From NCBI RefSeq assembly GCF_028641065.1, contig NC_073400.1, forward strand, positions 19,468,001-19,532,000: a stretch of DNA of 64,000 nt. Reading direction: 5' to 3'. This document shows, piece by piece, positions 62,426 to 64,000 of the stretch. Numbering within the stretch: the stretch's first letter is position 1; each line of letters begins with the position of its first letter. This stretch comes from Leucoraja erinacea. Lineage: Eukaryota. The position numbers were made by a program, and so were the translations under genes. The notes under the pieces are model-generated. The model had not been told where the DNA came from, did no database searches, and saw only the letters and a program-made list of their open reading frames with translations.

Positions 62426-64000
62426 CCTGTCGAGCCCTGGAAGGAGTTTGGAGGTTTCAGTGACATCTCCTCTTGTTCTTCTAAACTCCAGAGAGGACAG
62501 ATTCTTCCCAGTCTGCTTCTTCTCTCCTCCTGGGATAAACCCCCCGTTCCCGGGAATCAATCCGGTGACCCTTTGCTGCAGTCCCTCCCTCACCTGAGGC
62601 GGGGAGGCCAGACCTGTCCACAATATTCCAGGTGTGGTCTCCCCTGGGCCCCGGATAATTGGAGCGAGACGTCTCAACTCCTGGACTCAACCCCTCTCGC
62701 AGTGAAGGCCCACAGACCGTCCCCCTCCTGACTGCTGCTCTTCCTGCAGGGGAACGTCCAGTGAGTGGTGCCCAGGGGCTTGGCTCCTTCTCCACACCAA
62801 CAGCATCCATCTCTCACAAAGTAAAAACGACTGTTTTTTTTCCTCTTTCACAGTGTGAGCTGACAATGTTCACATCATGTTGGCCTTCAACCAAGTACTC
62901 TGCCTGTGCACATCTCCCTGAAGCTTCCATGGGAAGAACTCAGGGGAAGAGTAGGGGAGGTGGTTGGTATTGCCTTCACCAGGGCAGGGGTTGGAGCAGA
63001 TTGTTCGGACTGTGGGCTGGTAGCCTCCAGCTGCTGATGGAATTCACCCAAGTATCTTCAAAGAGTAGTCAGTGAAATGGATGATGTACAAGTTCCAATT
63101 CTCGAAAATCTATTCAGAAAAGTTTCAGTTGATTCGAAAATAGCAAATGTATTGGCTTTGTGCAAAGAAAAAGAGGAAGCGAGACAGAAAGCAGGAAACT
63201 CTAGGCCTGTTAGTTTGACATCAACTGGGAGATGTATGTCCAAAGCTATCATTAGAATCATGCATCTCACTAACTAAAAATATGCAAGGCAGTAAGTATA
63301 TCTTTGTGAAAGGAAAACCATGCACTTTTTATGCTTGTTCTCAGAAGAACCCGAGCTGTGGATGAAGGGGAAATGGGAGATGTATTTGTAGCATCAGAGT
63401 TATAGGCCTTTCTCACGGGGCGGCTTGACGCTAGATGTAACCAGAGTGAAGTGGTCGTGGTGTAGCACGATATCACACGATATAACGGGGGGGGGGGGGG
63501 GGGGGGGAGACAAAGAGTTCCCACAGTACTATGCATTTCTGTTATTTGTGCGAGTGACTTGTCCGTCTCCCGAGCTTTCCCGTTAAATCTTGAATGACAT
63601 TGTAAACTGTCAAGTGTAATTAAATCATCACGTGGCACAAATGATGTCACTTTTTTTTCCCCACACACTATAAATATCCTCCCTTGGTTGAATTGGCTCA
63701 TTTGGAGACATGCCTGTACTAATGCCGTGACTTTACTGCAGGAAGATGCCACATTACTTAGGAGAGAGGGGGAGAGAGACAGAGAGAGAGGCACAGAGGC
63801 AGTGTGATGTACTTCGGTGTGTGACTTGCGGAAAAGAGCGCACATGACCTTGGTCTATCTGTGTGTGGGAGCGAAGAGAGACTAAGCAGAATATATCGGT
63901 CTTATTGTGTGTGGGGGGAGAAAGAGAGAGGTGGAGGAGGGGGAGAAAGAGAGAGGTGGGGGAGGGGGAGAGAGAAATGAGGGGAGACGTATATACACGT

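Noticed and set aside
62820-64000. Upstream NDUFS2 exons (transit peptide; WQPD...PPWN)
   Set aside because: Not recognisable here; probably beyond the window.

Overview
Repeat-rich vertebrate genomic DNA, probably from a cartilaginous fish (inferred from the CR1 LINEs with (TTCTATGT)n tails and skate/shark-type SINE and Penelope remnants). All host genes are spliced and on the minus strand. From high to low coordinates: (1) NDUFS2, with 12 coding exons at 61110-46366 and the 5' exons outside the window. Eleven exons look normal, but the exon next to a full-length CR1 lacks its conserved 5' half. (2) A complete five-exon FCER1G (FcR gamma chain, 88 aa, with ITAM) at 45350-32935, which the ORF track misses. 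(3) A three-copy ~5.8-7.3 kb tandem duplication at 9069-28009 carrying a CD2/SLAM-type IgC2 exon, present in two copies and deleted in the third. (4) A divergent ADAMTS4-like metalloprotease, exons 4953-4540 and 1455-1317, continuing past position 1; a signal peptide appears to be joined almost directly to the catalytic domain, with no prodomain. The rest consists of a decayed BEL/Pao LTR element, many CR1, Rex and Penelope fragments, hAT-type MITEs with TSDs, minisatellites and one N gap. The ADAMTS/NDUFS2/FCER1G/SLAM content matches the human 1q23 neighbourhood, but the ADAMTS gene is in a different position.
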